Positions 9,660 to 19,680 of a stretch of 64,000 nt of DNA are shown here, piece by piece; position 1 is the first letter of the stretch; each line of letters begins with the position of its first letter. The position numbers and the translations under genes are program-made. The stretch lies in assembly GCA_051546255.1 (NCBI GenBank), contig CP128816.1:744001-808000 (forward strand), written 5' to 3'. The notes under the pieces are model-generated. The model was not told where the DNA came from. It made no database searches and worked only from the letters and a program-made list of their open reading frames with translations. The DNA comes from Meyerozyma guilliermondii. Lineage: Eukaryota.

Positions 9660-12600
9660 TCATCCCGAGGCTCCCACAGATCGCAACAACTCCAAGTTGT
9701 AAGCCTTGGCAACACCAGCGTATATTTGAAGTTCTTGCGCAATGTGCTCGTAGGGTATAGTTCCAACCCATTTTCCTGAGCATCGACAGAACTCACTCAT
9801 GTTGTCGCTCTTGATTTGGCCACATTTGGAGCACTTCAAGTCCTGACATTGGAATTTGGTCACTGTCTTGAGATACTGGGTGATCAATTGCTCCTCGAGA
9901 GATGCCTTATTGTGCTGCTTATGGCAATTGGTACAATTCCAGACATCCACCTCAGTATCGCGACAGAAGTCAATCTCCCGAACATGGTTACAATAGTCAC
10001 AGCGGAACTGTGATAACACAAGGCTGACACAAGGATCTTTGAAATTCGCCTCGGGACTGAATTCTTTCACGTCAAAAATAGATAAAAGGTCTTTGCGAAG
10101 CATTCTCACTTCGATGTTTTGACGGTGAGATAATGAAAAAACGGCACAGAGAAACTTGACAAGCTCCAAAGCTGGGTTCTTCATATTAAGGTGTGAGCCT
10201 GGAAGCACCGGGAACCTGTACTCTTGTTCCAACTCGGGGTTGATTATCGATTCGTTTTGTCGGCGGTAGAGCTTTTCAATACGTTTAAGTAATGGCAATC
10301 TGAAGACATCCACAACATCATAATTGTACTCGTCTTCTTCATTTTCTTCCCCGTCTTCCTTCTTCCCTTTTATACGATGGGCAATTTGAGTTACTCTCTG
10401 CGTGCGTCCCATTTGACTTGACTGTAGAATTGTCTTGCTCTTATGCTTCGCTAACGCTTGAATGAATATTAGGACCCAGTCCTCGAATTCATCTTGAAAC
10501 ATGATTGGCAAGAACTTCTTGATAAGCCAATTGCTTTCGATCGTGAGGTTTTGATTCTCCTCAGCGGTAATTTCCTTACATGATCGTCCTCCAAAATTGA
10601 ATCTGTCCATCCAAACTAAGATGTCCCAGTACTTGACAACTCTCATATCGAGAAAGTTGAACAATGGTTTCGCTCTGGTGGCCTTCACCAAGTACTGGGT
10701 GGACGCATACGTTTGCTCCACAGACACCTTAGGAGTCAGTAGGATAACTTTGTTTCTGTTTGCAAATATCACATTCGAGCCCAGTCGTTTGAATTCACCT
10801 AGGAGCTGCAACAAACTCTTGATCGTCAAGTTGTGCACCTGATAATGTAAAGCATAATCGTACAAATGTGACTCTTTCCGTTGAATCCACATTTCAAGGT
10901 TGTTCATAAGTGCGTCAGCATTAACGTCGTTGTTCAACGCATCATCCCACCAATTCTTGACCATCGATCTCAATATTTGCATAGCTGGTGCAGAAAACGA
11001 GTCACTAGCAATACTACCAGCCCCATTATTGTTATCAAACTCTACCACTTCATCAGCTAAGTCCGTACCCTCGGCTCCATTTATAAGTGCACTAGTCAAA
11101 ATAGTGTTAATCGTGAGTGTCCCGAGTTCTATTTCCAAACTTGTAGTATCGTATACTTCGGGGTTGTTGAATTGAGGGAAGTCAAAGTTCTCATAGTCCT
11201 GGGCACTATCATTTTCGAAACCTCCATGATCAGGCAATGCTTTCGGAGACCACCAAAGGACAACGTTATTCATACTCAATCTCCGGGCATACTCGACATC
11301 AATGAGGTACCCCAAGTTGTCAATCTCCAAATTGCACAACGGAATGTTTCCGTACTTTGAAATGGAAATCAAGTTCTTAATCCATGCGCCTAACACGAAA
11401 TAATGGTTAACTATGCGCTTGGAAATTAATGATTGCCAACCGATAGCTGGAAGCTTGAGTTCACGCATGCCCATTCGTATCGTTGGATAATCCTGGACAG
11501 ACTTTAATTGACTAAGCAAAGCATTAGCGTAGGGCGATTGGATTGCCAAGAGGGCTTTGGTGCTTCTGGTCTCTTCAAGCTTTCGAAGATCTTTGTCAAT
11601 ACGTTTGAAAAGCTTGCCTCTATCATTATAGTAGACGGTGTCAAACTCCATAGTTGAAGAGTAATCCAAAATACTCGAAGTAGCTTCCAACTTGGTCTTT
11701 TTACTATGAAACAAGTCTTCATAGATCCTTTGCATGTTGGGAGGTAATTCTTGAGCGCCTGAAGAAGGCTTCAAGATGTACACTGTCGCGCTTCCTTCCC
11801 ATGTTTTGAACAAGGAGTAGAACTCGTAGTTGTTTGCAACAATATGCAACAAGTAGCAGATATCCATCTTGAATCTTCTCAAATATGTCTCGTCCTTCAC
11901 CGGCGAAAGGTCTTTCAAATGAAATCCAGACTTTAAACCTTTTCCCAATGATCCCACCTTAGTATCATCAAACTTGACGGTATTTCCCAAATTAATAATA
12001 GCCCTTTCCAACGCAGAGACTTGGGTTTCATACAATCCGAGAACGGTAGAGCCTTGAAGCAAGCTGTCGACCAGAAGCATTTCTTCTTCAAAGACAGCTT
12101 CAGGCATTGTTATCTTGTAAAGATGCGAAGCATCATGACCATTAGGCAAAATAGCGTTACTTGGGTCAATTCTTGCTTCTCGTAAACGCCTTCGTGGAGA
12201 GAGTTCGCTTTTGAGAGCAGCGTAAACGATTTTTGGAATTTGAAAACTGAATGTGTGCACTTTGTTATTGGAAAAAACATGAACTTTGAGTGCACCAGGC
12301 TTTGAAGGATCTGGCTTGTACTGTAAAATTTCCCAATTACTTCCCGCCACGGATTCAGCCTGTCTTCGGTAGAGAGTTCCAACAGATGATCTGAACGAAG
12401 TGTCAGCTGATGGTCCAAATAAAGTCCTACGACGTTCCCGATTTCGTGCCTGTACCCTCCATTTAGCCTTTTGGTAGGCTAAGAATCCAGCGTAGTCTTC
12501 GGTCATTTTGGGGCAAGGTTTTTGAAGAATAGCTGCTATCTTCTCTTCCTCCAATGGATCGCTGTTAGCATTGTTGATGCCTTTCCGTTTACGTGAAGTC

Positions 12601-15600
12601 ACCTTGCTCACCTTTCGGGTCCCAGTGGAATATTCAACAGACCCGAAGTCTTCGATGTCTTTGATAACTCTCGACTCCGCAGCAGCAGCGGCAGCTGCGT
12701 CTTCTTTACTGGCCTTGGAAAAGAAGGAGCCGATAGACGACTGTTTCTTCTTATCTTCTGAAGCAAGCACCTTCTTTCGCAACCAATCAGGATGATCCAC
12801 TCTTGGAACAGGGTTTTTAACTCCTTGCAAAGCAGCAGGAATTGTTATGATTTTTTGTACCACTGAAGCTAACCGCTCATAGTAGTAGTCCCAATCAATG
12901 ACACTCCGGGGATCAAAGGATGTCAAAGATTGATCACCTAACCAATTTCTCAAGTATTTCTGTTTCTCTTCATGAGAAAAGATTGAAACGGGAACAGCTC
13001 TCTCCGTAATGGGTTTTCCGACGGGTTTAGCACTGATAATATACTTACATGCCAACCCAGCATCTTTCACCATTTCTTCACCAAGGAACTCACCCAATCT
13101 CTTTGCAGTGGTGATGGAAGTGGATTTCTGATTTCCATACTCTGCCAAACTCTTGGACATACTACGGTTTTCACAGATAAGTTCAATGAGATCTTCATCT
13201 TCAAGCATACCGCCCTTTGTGTCCAACACATCAAGCCAGTTATTAGCCACCGATGCCACAGCCTTGTAACAGCCTTCAAGTGTGTCTCCTTCCAAGAAGA
13301 GTTTGAAGATATCAGACTGGAAATTCTTAATCAATTGCAACTCTCCTCTTCTTTTGAGTTCGAAACCTTTTAATTCCGCAAGGGATCCATCGTCATTGAA
13401 CACTGCGTACCTCTTTTTCAAACCCTTACCTTCTTCCTTCGATGTGGGCAAGATCATAGCTTTATAAGGACCATCTACCTCAAAGAAAATCGAATTCTCG
13501 GACCTCGTAGAATACTTGAAGGTGTTTTCATCTACTAAATCCTGGTACTGATGGTTTGTGAACTGCTGATGGACCAAATAGTTAAGCATCGAGCATGGAT
13601 ATTCAAGCAAGATTTTCTTACCGTCTTTGCATTTCAAGTTGTAGTTTTCAGGAAACGAGGTGGGTAAAATACACCAAATACCATCCGTATCCAATTCAAG
13701 AGGACGTCCCAACCTTTCCACAAGTGATCGAGCCATCTGAATGATTTTAGCACCTGTTAAACAGGTAATTCCTGCCATTTCCATGGAATACCATCGTGAG
13801 CCCTTTCTCATCACGTAGCCATAGAACGAGTTCAAGATGACTTTATGGGCAAGCTGAAGAGAATCGTAAAGAACCACCATCTTTTTGGCTTCTTCTCTTC
13901 CAATGCTATCAGTGGTGTCCATCTTAGAGGATTTTCCTTTCCAAACCTTAGCAAGAGTTTTGAATTCATATCTTCTGTCTCTGAAGTCGCGGACAGTGTT
14001 GACGTAGAATGGATTCTCTCTTTGACAAACAATTGCGTCTCTCTTAACGGTCTTCGATTGCTTCAAACGATGGTAGTTTTTCTTCGAAACCTCAGCTAAA
14101 CGATTTTTGATCACTTGCGCTTGATCTGGGTATGGCATGTCATTGAAAGGAATCCTTCGACCGCTTCTTGTTTGAAATCTTTCATTTGCTTCTTGGAGAT
14201 TTCGCTTCACATTATTGTAGTCACCCATATTAGTAGGGTAGAACTCACCTCTCCAGGACCATTCCAAACGTCGATCACAAGTTTTCCCTGGTCTGTTGAA
14301 GTCACATGCTGCACAGTCTTCTTCTGATTTCATAGAATCGGGTTGCAAACGATTTGAAGTCATGATATTGGGGTACATCGAAGCCACATCCACATGGTAG
14401 ATAAGAGGGTTTTCTTCTCGCACTGGATTATTTTTCAAGTCCAATAACGTTTCCTTGATCTTATTATAGATTTCATCATAATTCTCGACATCATCAAGCG
14501 ATTTCTTGTTTTCGACCTCAATACAAAACCTCAAAGAATTATGAAGATTGTCAAGAATTTCTTGGACAGCAGATGGATCAACATTAAATTTACACGGCAA
14601 ATCACTTCGAAACACACCTGCCTCCAAAGATTCGACATGACCACCAACATAGGTTTCAGACTCCAAAAGATGTCCTTCGAAGAAACGTTCAATTGGATCG
14701 GTGTACTTGTTTGGAAGTAAAATGTTCTTCTGGTAAGCCTGTACCATCAACAACATTTCACAAAGAGTACCTGTACCCTTACGCAACACCTCGTCAGGGT
14801 TCAAAGGAATGATAGTGCACAAGGAGAAGATGAAAGGATGAACGTACTTGTAGTACAAGTAGTAGGTAGCAACTGCATCAGATACAGAGTATTCGGAAAG
14901 CAATTGTGGTTGTTCTGATGCATAAGGGGTCATTAGTTCGGGATCGAGTTCTGTTGGATTATAACCCAACTTGGCGGTGGTGACTGCTTTCAAACCTTGA
15001 GATCCTTGAGGCAAATAAGAATCACGTTTAACCCAGCGGAAACAATCCATGTGTACACAATACTTTGACTTGTACTCACCATCGTTATCCTTTGCAAACC
15101 CGATTTCCTCAAACATGTCCAATTGATGTTGTCTGGCACGATCTTCCACGTAGGGCCAATCGAAGAAATCACCATTAAATGTTGCTATTACTGTGGGCCG
15201 TACCTCACGAATGTGCTCAAAAAAGCGTTTCAACATCAGCACTTCATCGGCTTCATTGAAGATTGTGAAATATCCTGGATACTCTGGTTTTGGAGTATAC
15301 TCAAAATCATCGATATCCTCGGCAATGACGTTTCTGTTTGTAATCAAGTAACCGTCACCGTCAATCATATACGAAATCATCATGATCTGATCAGTCTTTG
15401 AGTCAGGAAACTTAAGTGGAGCCTTACACGTCTCGATATCGAACGCCAACACGACTGGATCAGCAAATGCAATTGTTTCTTTATCCTCGACCAATGTCAC
15501 CTCTGAATGCTTTGCGTATACATAGTACCATTTGCCAACACGAATATTAGCGTCTATGGAAACACGGACATGATAAGGGACATCGTACTCGCGTATGTCT

Positions 15601-16286
15601 GATATGAGTTGGGTGGGATCGGTGTATTCATTTGTTGACGAGTGAGAAATGTCGAATTTGGTGTTTCCATTGAGCCCTGAAATCTTAAGTGCAGAGTAGA
15701 CGTCTCTGGTTTCATTCTGCATCTCATTGTCACGAATTATAGGAGATAGTATCCTCCTGGCAGCAAGAAGGTCAGAAATGTTGTGGAATATTAATTTCAA
15801 TAGGGTCTTCTTAAGACCTACCAAGTGATTAGGTAACGAGAGGTCTTCCTTGACCACCCTATTTATGCTTTTGATATTACAGGATTCCAAGCGTTTGCGT
15901 AACGTCTCTTCAACTTCGGACTCTCTTCCTGGAACCACCAGTAAGAAAAAGTATGGATCGAATTGAATGGTTGATTTGAAAGTTCCACCTTCCTCGTCGA
16001 TAAAATAATAGTCCACACCTGAGTATCCGGCAAGGTAGTCCTCTGAGGGAACCGTAGTGGTATGCATGTTGACCAACCATCCTTTTCGTGGTTTTGTCCC
16101 GTCTAATTCGCCATGATCCATTCTGTTGAAGCCCATCATCGAGTCGATTTTGTCGATTTTTTCCACTAATTCTCGACGGTTTATAGCATTATTAAGCATT
16201 GGATTCGCTGTTTCATCATTGTTGCGGGCTTTGAATTCCCGTACAGATGTTTTATTGACGCCTGCTGGCCGCCGGGTGTGGGACAT
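9660..16286 (-). CDS. POL2: DNA polymerase epsilon catalytic subunit
   Basis: 2208 aa; exonuclease FDIET motif, YHVDVASMYPN, LELDTDG, C-terminal CysA/CysB. Confidence 0.99.
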   Translation of the reverse strand: MSHTRRPAGVNKTSVREFKARNNDETANPMLNNAINRRELVEKIDKIDSMMGFNRMDHGELDGTKPRKGWLVNMHTTTVPSEDYLAGYSGVDYYFIDEEGGTFKSTIQFDPYFFLLVVPGRESEVEETLRKRLESCNIKSINRVVKEDLSLPNHLVGLKKTLLKLIFHNISDLLAARRILSPIIRDNEMQNETRDVYSALKISGLNGNTKFDISHSSTNEYTDPTQLISDIREYDVPYHVRVSIDANIRVGKWYYVYAKHSEVTLVEDKETIAFADPVVLAFDIETCKAPLKFPDSKTDQIMMISYMIDGDGYLITNRNVIAEDIDDFEYTPKPEYPGYFTIFNEADEVLMLKRFFEHIREVRPTVIATFNGDFFDWPYVEDRARQHQLDMFEEIGFAKDNDGEYKSKYCVHMDCFRWVKRDSYLPQGSQGLKAVTTAKLGYNPTELDPELMTPYASEQPQLLSEYSVSDAVATYYLYYKYVHPFIFSLCTIIPLNPDEVLRKGTGTLCEMLLMVQAYQKNILLPNKYTDPIERFFEGHLLESETYVGGHVESLEAGVFRSDLPCKFNVDPSAVQEILDNLHNSLRFCIEVENKKSLDDVENYDEIYNKIKETLLDLKNNPVREENPLIYHVDVASMYPNIMTSNRLQPDSMKSEEDCAACDFNRPGKTCDRRLEWSWRGEFYPTNMGDYNNVKRNLQEANERFQTRSGRRIPFNDMPYPDQAQVIKNRLAEVSKKNYHRLKQSKTVKRDAIVCQRENPFYVNTVRDFRDRRYEFKTLAKVWKGKSSKMDTTDSIGREEAKKMVVLYDSLQLAHKVILNSFYGYVMRKGSRWYSMEMAGITCLTGAKIIQMARSLVERLGRPLELDTDGIWCILPTSFPENYNLKCKDGKKILLEYPCSMLNYLVHQQFTNHQYQDLVDENTFKYSTRSENSIFFEVDGPYKAMILPTSKEEGKGLKKRYAVFNDDGSLAELKGFELKRRGELQLIKNFQSDIFKLFLEGDTLEGCYKAVASVANNWLDVLDTKGGMLEDEDLIELICENRSMSKSLAEYGNQKSTSITTAKRLGEFLGEEMVKDAGLACKYIISAKPVGKPITERAVPVSIFSHEEKQKYLRNWLGDQSLTSFDPRSVIDWDYYYERLASVVQKIITIPAALQGVKNPVPRVDHPDWLRKKVLASEDKKKQSSIGSFFSKASKEDAAAAAAAESRVIKDIEDFGSVEYSTGTRKVSKVTSRKRKGINNANSDPLEEEKIAAILQKPCPKMTEDYAGFLAYQKAKWRVQARNRERRRTLFGPSADTSFRSSVGTLYRRQAESVAGSNWEILQYKPDPSKPGALKVHVFSNNKVHTFSFQIPKIVYAALKSELSPRRRLREARIDPSNAILPNGHDASHLYKITMPEAVFEEEMLLVDSLLQGSTVLGLYETQVSALERAIINLGNTVKFDDTKVGSLGKGLKSGFHLKDLSPVKDETYLRRFKMDICYLLHIVANNYEFYSLFKTWEGSATVYILKPSSGAQELPPNMQRIYEDLFHSKKTKLEATSSILDYSSTMEFDTVYYNDRGKLFKRIDKDLRKLEETRSTKALLAIQSPYANALLSQLKSVQDYPTIRMGMRELKLPAIGWQSLISKRIVNHYFVLGAWIKNLISISKYGNIPLCNLEIDNLGYLIDVEYARRLSMNNVVLWWSPKALPDHGGFENDSAQDYENFDFPQFNNPEVYDTTSLEIELGTLTINTILTSALINGAEGTDLADEVVEFDNNNGAGSIASDSFSAPAMQILRSMVKNWWDDALNNDVNADALMNNLEMWIQRKESHLYDYALHYQVHNLTIKSLLQLLGEFKRLGSNVIFANRNKVILLTPKVSVEQTYASTQYLVKATRAKPLFNFLDMRVVKYWDILVWMDRFNFGGRSCKEITAEENQNLTIESNWLIKKFLPIMFQDEFEDWVLIFIQALAKHKSKTILQSSQMGRTQRVTQIAHRIKGKKEDGEENEEDEYNYDVVDVFRLPLLKRIEKLYRRQNESIINPELEQEYRFPVLPGSHLNMKNPALELVKFLCAVFSLSHRQNIEVRMLRKDLLSIFDVKEFSPEANFKDPCVSLVLSQFRCDYCNHVREIDFCRDTEVDVWNCTNCHKQHNKASLEEQLITQYLKTVTKFQCQDLKCSKCGQIKSDNMSEFCRCSGKWVGTIPYEHIAQELQIYAGVAKAYNLELLRSVGASG

Positions 16287-16292
16287 GAGTTG

Positions 16293-16306
16293 ACGCGTCT
16301 TACGCG
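16293..16306. promoter_or_regulatory. MCB elements (ACGCGT and ACGCG) upstream of POL2
   Basis: GACGCGTCTTACGCGG immediately 5' of POL2, a typical MBF target. Confidence 0.65.
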
Positions 16307-16494
16307 GTGAATGAGAAGTGATGAGGACGGATTATATGCCGGACGCAAGATGGAGCATGGTGAATGGAGAGGTTAGTAGATGAAGGGATTAGTGGAAATG
16401 GAGAGTGTGTTGAAGTGAATGTCTACAGATGACTTGCGAGTGCAATTGGCTTGCTCAGAATCTTTCATAGTTTTTTTGTTACTCTATTCCACCA

Positions 16495-17385
16495 CTACCT
16501 GCTCATAAATAAGATAATCAAGAACTGTAACACCACGGCGTACAAGAACAAGAATTGCACCCGGATACGTCTTTGTTTCGCACTAACAGTATTATTGGTG
16601 GTGCTAGGAAGTACCATGAATTTGAGCGACCGCATCAAAAACAAAGACAAGCTTATGGTTACAGCAAGCACAATCGAGTAGTAAAACATCCAGCTGGAGC
16701 CAACCAAATGTTTAAACACCAACAACACAATAATAGCGACATATTTGTAACCGCTGAAACTTATCAAGTCCCACAATGACGAGTTTGTGGAGCAATTTAA
16801 CAAGTAGAGACCGACCCTGAAGAACAAAATATCCAAGAACGAACATGCAAGCGTCTGTGATGCCAAGTACCCAAAGAGTTGTGGGTGGAAATCACCTTTT
16901 AAACCTTGGAAGCAAGACCACAAGAGAATGTAGGTTATGAACGCCATAAGTGGAATATAGAGATCTGGTGCGTTGGTGTCGTGAGAAGGTGGGAGGTACT
17001 GCGTCAGCGAAGAGCCATCGACCGTAGTGGTCAATCTGGACCAGTTTTTATTGCGATAGGGAAACAAAACCAACAAGATTTTGCGAACAACATACGAATT
17101 GCTCACTTGGAAATAGTAATGGAGGTCTCCGGCGTTGGACATGAACAGCCCGAGGTTCTGCTGAAGATACTGGTTGGAAGAATCGAGTCCAGTACGTGCA
17201 AATTGAGCTGCCATTGCGGCGGTGGGATCGTTGAAAAACGTGTATGGAGCATTTTGCTGAGGTTGAGTTCCTTGTGGTTGCTGGAATTGGCCCTGCTGCT
17301 GGTACTGCTGTTGAGGAAGGTTCAGGGGCTGTGTGTGGAACGGCTGGGGATGCTGGAGGTTCTGCTGGTTGTATGGCGTATACAT
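16495..17385 (-). CDS. YIF1: Yif1 ER-Golgi transport membrane protein
   Basis: YYFQVSNSYV..K..LVLFPY, NAPDLYIPLMAFITY, and C-terminal TM segments. Confidence 0.93.
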   Translation of the reverse strand: MYTPYNQQNLQHPQPFHTQPLNLPQQQYQQQGQFQQPQGTQPQQNAPYTFFNDPTAAMAAQFARTGLDSSNQYLQQNLGLFMSNAGDLHYYFQVSNSYVVRKILLVLFPYRNKNWSRLTTTVDGSSLTQYLPPSHDTNAPDLYIPLMAFITYILLWSCFQGLKGDFHPQLFGYLASQTLACSFLDILFFRVGLYLLNCSTNSSLWDLISFSGYKYVAIIVLLVFKHLVGSSWMFYYSIVLAVTISLSLFLMRSLKFMVLPSTTNNTVSAKQRRIRVQFLFLYAVVLQFLIILFMSR

Positions 17386-18195
17386 GACAGATATAAAGTT
17401 GTCGCGACGATTCGGTGAGAAGTGGTGCCCGGTGTGTGGATGTGGTTTGGAATGGATGGCTGCAAATGATGCGAAGAGAAGTGAGATGAAGAGTGAAGGG
17501 ATAAGAGTAGATTTAAAAAGATCGAGTGCCTCTTTTAGGTGGAAATTTAAAGTAGAGACTCGACTTGAGACTCAATGGCTGAAAATAGTTGACATCGAGC
17601 GAAAATGGAATTGGCAATGCTAGCTTGGGACACTCAATTGCCATTAAGAGAAGTATATTTTGGGAATTAAACAGTATTTAAGTCATCCTAAAAGATGAAT
17701 ATTGCAAATTCTATCATGGATAGGTCTCTGAGAGGTTTACGGTGAAAATTACTGAAATCTTCAACATCATTACAATCCGAATTCCAGTCCATGTTTCATT
17801 CTCGGTCAATTTCTTTCCTTGTTGTTCACCTAATTCCTTTACAAATCTTGTCAATTGACTAGCCAACTATTCTAATCGGGCTAAATTAGCAACTCCGAAA
17901 GTGAGCAGATATCGAGATACGCAGCACCCAAATAGGTCGATAATGCCTTCCCGCAACGGAACAAACAACCCAAATTCATTCAATCACCCTCAACCCATCT
18001 GGTTATGTCTACTTAGTAGTCAATTAATTGGCTTCCTTGTAGCTTCCTTTCGGCTTCCTTGTTCTTGTTCGGCTTTTTTAGTTTCGGCTTCGGAGATCTT
18101 CTATTGCTGTTGGCACACCCATGCACCAGACACTCAATTATCAGGAGCAATCTACAGTTCTTAGAACATCTTTGAGATTCTCGAGTACAGCAATT

Positions 18196-19614
18196 ATGAA
18201 CAAAGGAAAGGTCATTGTGGTTTCGAACCGTCTTCCGGTCACCATCAAGAGATCTGAAGGTGGCAAGTATGACTATATGATGTCTTCGGGAGGACTTGTC
18301 ACCGGACTTCAAGGGTTGAAGAAGCTGACTGAATTTCAATGGCTTGGTTGGCCTGGGGCGGAGTTTCCTGAAGATGAGTGTGAGCGAGTCAATCGTGATT
18401 TGATGGACAAATTCAATTGTACAGCAATTTTTTTAAGTGATGTGGTGGCTGATTTACACTATAATGGATTCCTGAACCTGATCTTGTGGCCTCTTTTCCA
18501 CTACCATCCTGGAGAAATGAACTTTGACGAAAACGCGTGGGCTGCCTACATTGAGGCCAATCGCCAGTTTGCTGTTAAGGTTGCTGAACAGGTGGACGAT
18601 AATGATTTGGTGTGGGTTCACGATTATCATCTTATGCTTCTTCCCCAGATGTTGCGTGAAGAACTAGGAAAAACCAAGAAAAACGTGCGTATTGGCTTTT
18701 TCCTCCACACTCCCTTCCCATCGTCGGAGATTTACAGAATCCTACCTGTTCGTCGTGAAATCTTGGTAGGTGTTTTGAGTTGCGATTTGATAGGCTTCCA
18801 CACATATGACTATGCTCGTCATTTCTTGTCTGCCGTCAGTCGTATCGTTTCCGACGTTTCAACCGTTCCCAACGGCATCCAGTACCAGGGCCGCTCCATC
18901 AACATTGGCGCTTTTCCCATTGGTATAGATGTAGACAAGTTTACCGAGGGCTTGACGAAAGACTCGGCTGTTGCTCGTGTCAAGCAATTGAAACAAAAGT
19001 TTGGCGATACAAAGATCATTGTTGGTGTAGATCGGTTAGACTACATCAAGGGTGTGCCGCAAAAGTTGCACGCTTTCGAGGTGTTTTTGACAGAAAACCC
19101 CGAATGGATAGGCAAGGTGGTGTTGGTCCAGGTGGCCGTTCCTTCTCGTGGAGATGTCGAGGAGTACCAAAGCCTTCGTGCTACCGTCAATGAGCTCGTG
19201 GGACGTATTAATGGACGTTTTGGAACGGTGGAATTCGTTCCTATTCACTTTATGCACAAATCGATTCCGTTTGACGAGCTTATCAGTTTGTACCATGTAT
19301 CCGATGTGTGCTTGATTAGCTCCACTCGAGATGGAATGAACTTGGTCAGTTACGAATACATTGCATGTCAAAAGGAGAAAAATGGAGCATTGATTCTTTC
19401 TGAGTTCGCTGGAGCCGCCCAATCTTTGAATGGAGCCATCGTGGTGAATCCATGGAATATCGAAGAGTTGAGCGAAGCTATCAAAGAAAGTTTGACTATG
19501 CCTCAAGAGAAACGACGTATAGAGTTCGAAAAGCTCTTTGAATACATCTCCAAACACACGTCGGCCCATTGGGGAGAAACTTTTGTGAAGGAGCTTTCTA
19601 AGTGCCAAGTATAG
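18196..19614 (+). CDS. TPS1: Trehalose-6-phosphate synthase
   Basis: VVSNRLP, SSGGLV, WVHDYHLM, GVDRLDYIKG, RDGMNLVSYEY. Likely start is ATG 18196. Confidence 0.98.
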   Translation: MNKGKVIVVSNRLPVTIKRSEGGKYDYMMSSGGLVTGLQGLKKLTEFQWLGWPGAEFPEDECERVNRDLMDKFNCTAIFLSDVVADLHYNGFLNLILWPLFHYHPGEMNFDENAWAAYIEANRQFAVKVAEQVDDNDLVWVHDYHLMLLPQMLREELGKTKKNVRIGFFLHTPFPSSEIYRILPVRREILVGVLSCDLIGFHTYDYARHFLSAVSRIVSDVSTVPNGIQYQGRSINIGAFPIGIDVDKFTEGLTKDSAVARVKQLKQKFGDTKIIVGVDRLDYIKGVPQKLHAFEVFLTENPEWIGKVVLVQVAVPSRGDVEEYQSLRATVNELVGRINGRFGTVEFVPIHFMHKSIPFDELISLYHVSDVCLISSTRDGMNLVSYEYIACQKEKNGALILSEFAGAAQSLNGAIVVNPWNIEELSEAIKESLTMPQEKRRIEFEKLFEYISKHTSAHWGETFVKELSKCQV

Positions 19615-19680
19615 ACTATCGTGCCATAGAACATATATCTGCGGTAAAAGAATAAATTAGGGTATATGTGAATATAAAGA

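Noticed and set aside
15420..15445. POL2 ExoI motif reads DIETCK rather than DIETTK
   Set aside because: The catalytic D and E are intact, so there is no basis to infer a mutator allele.
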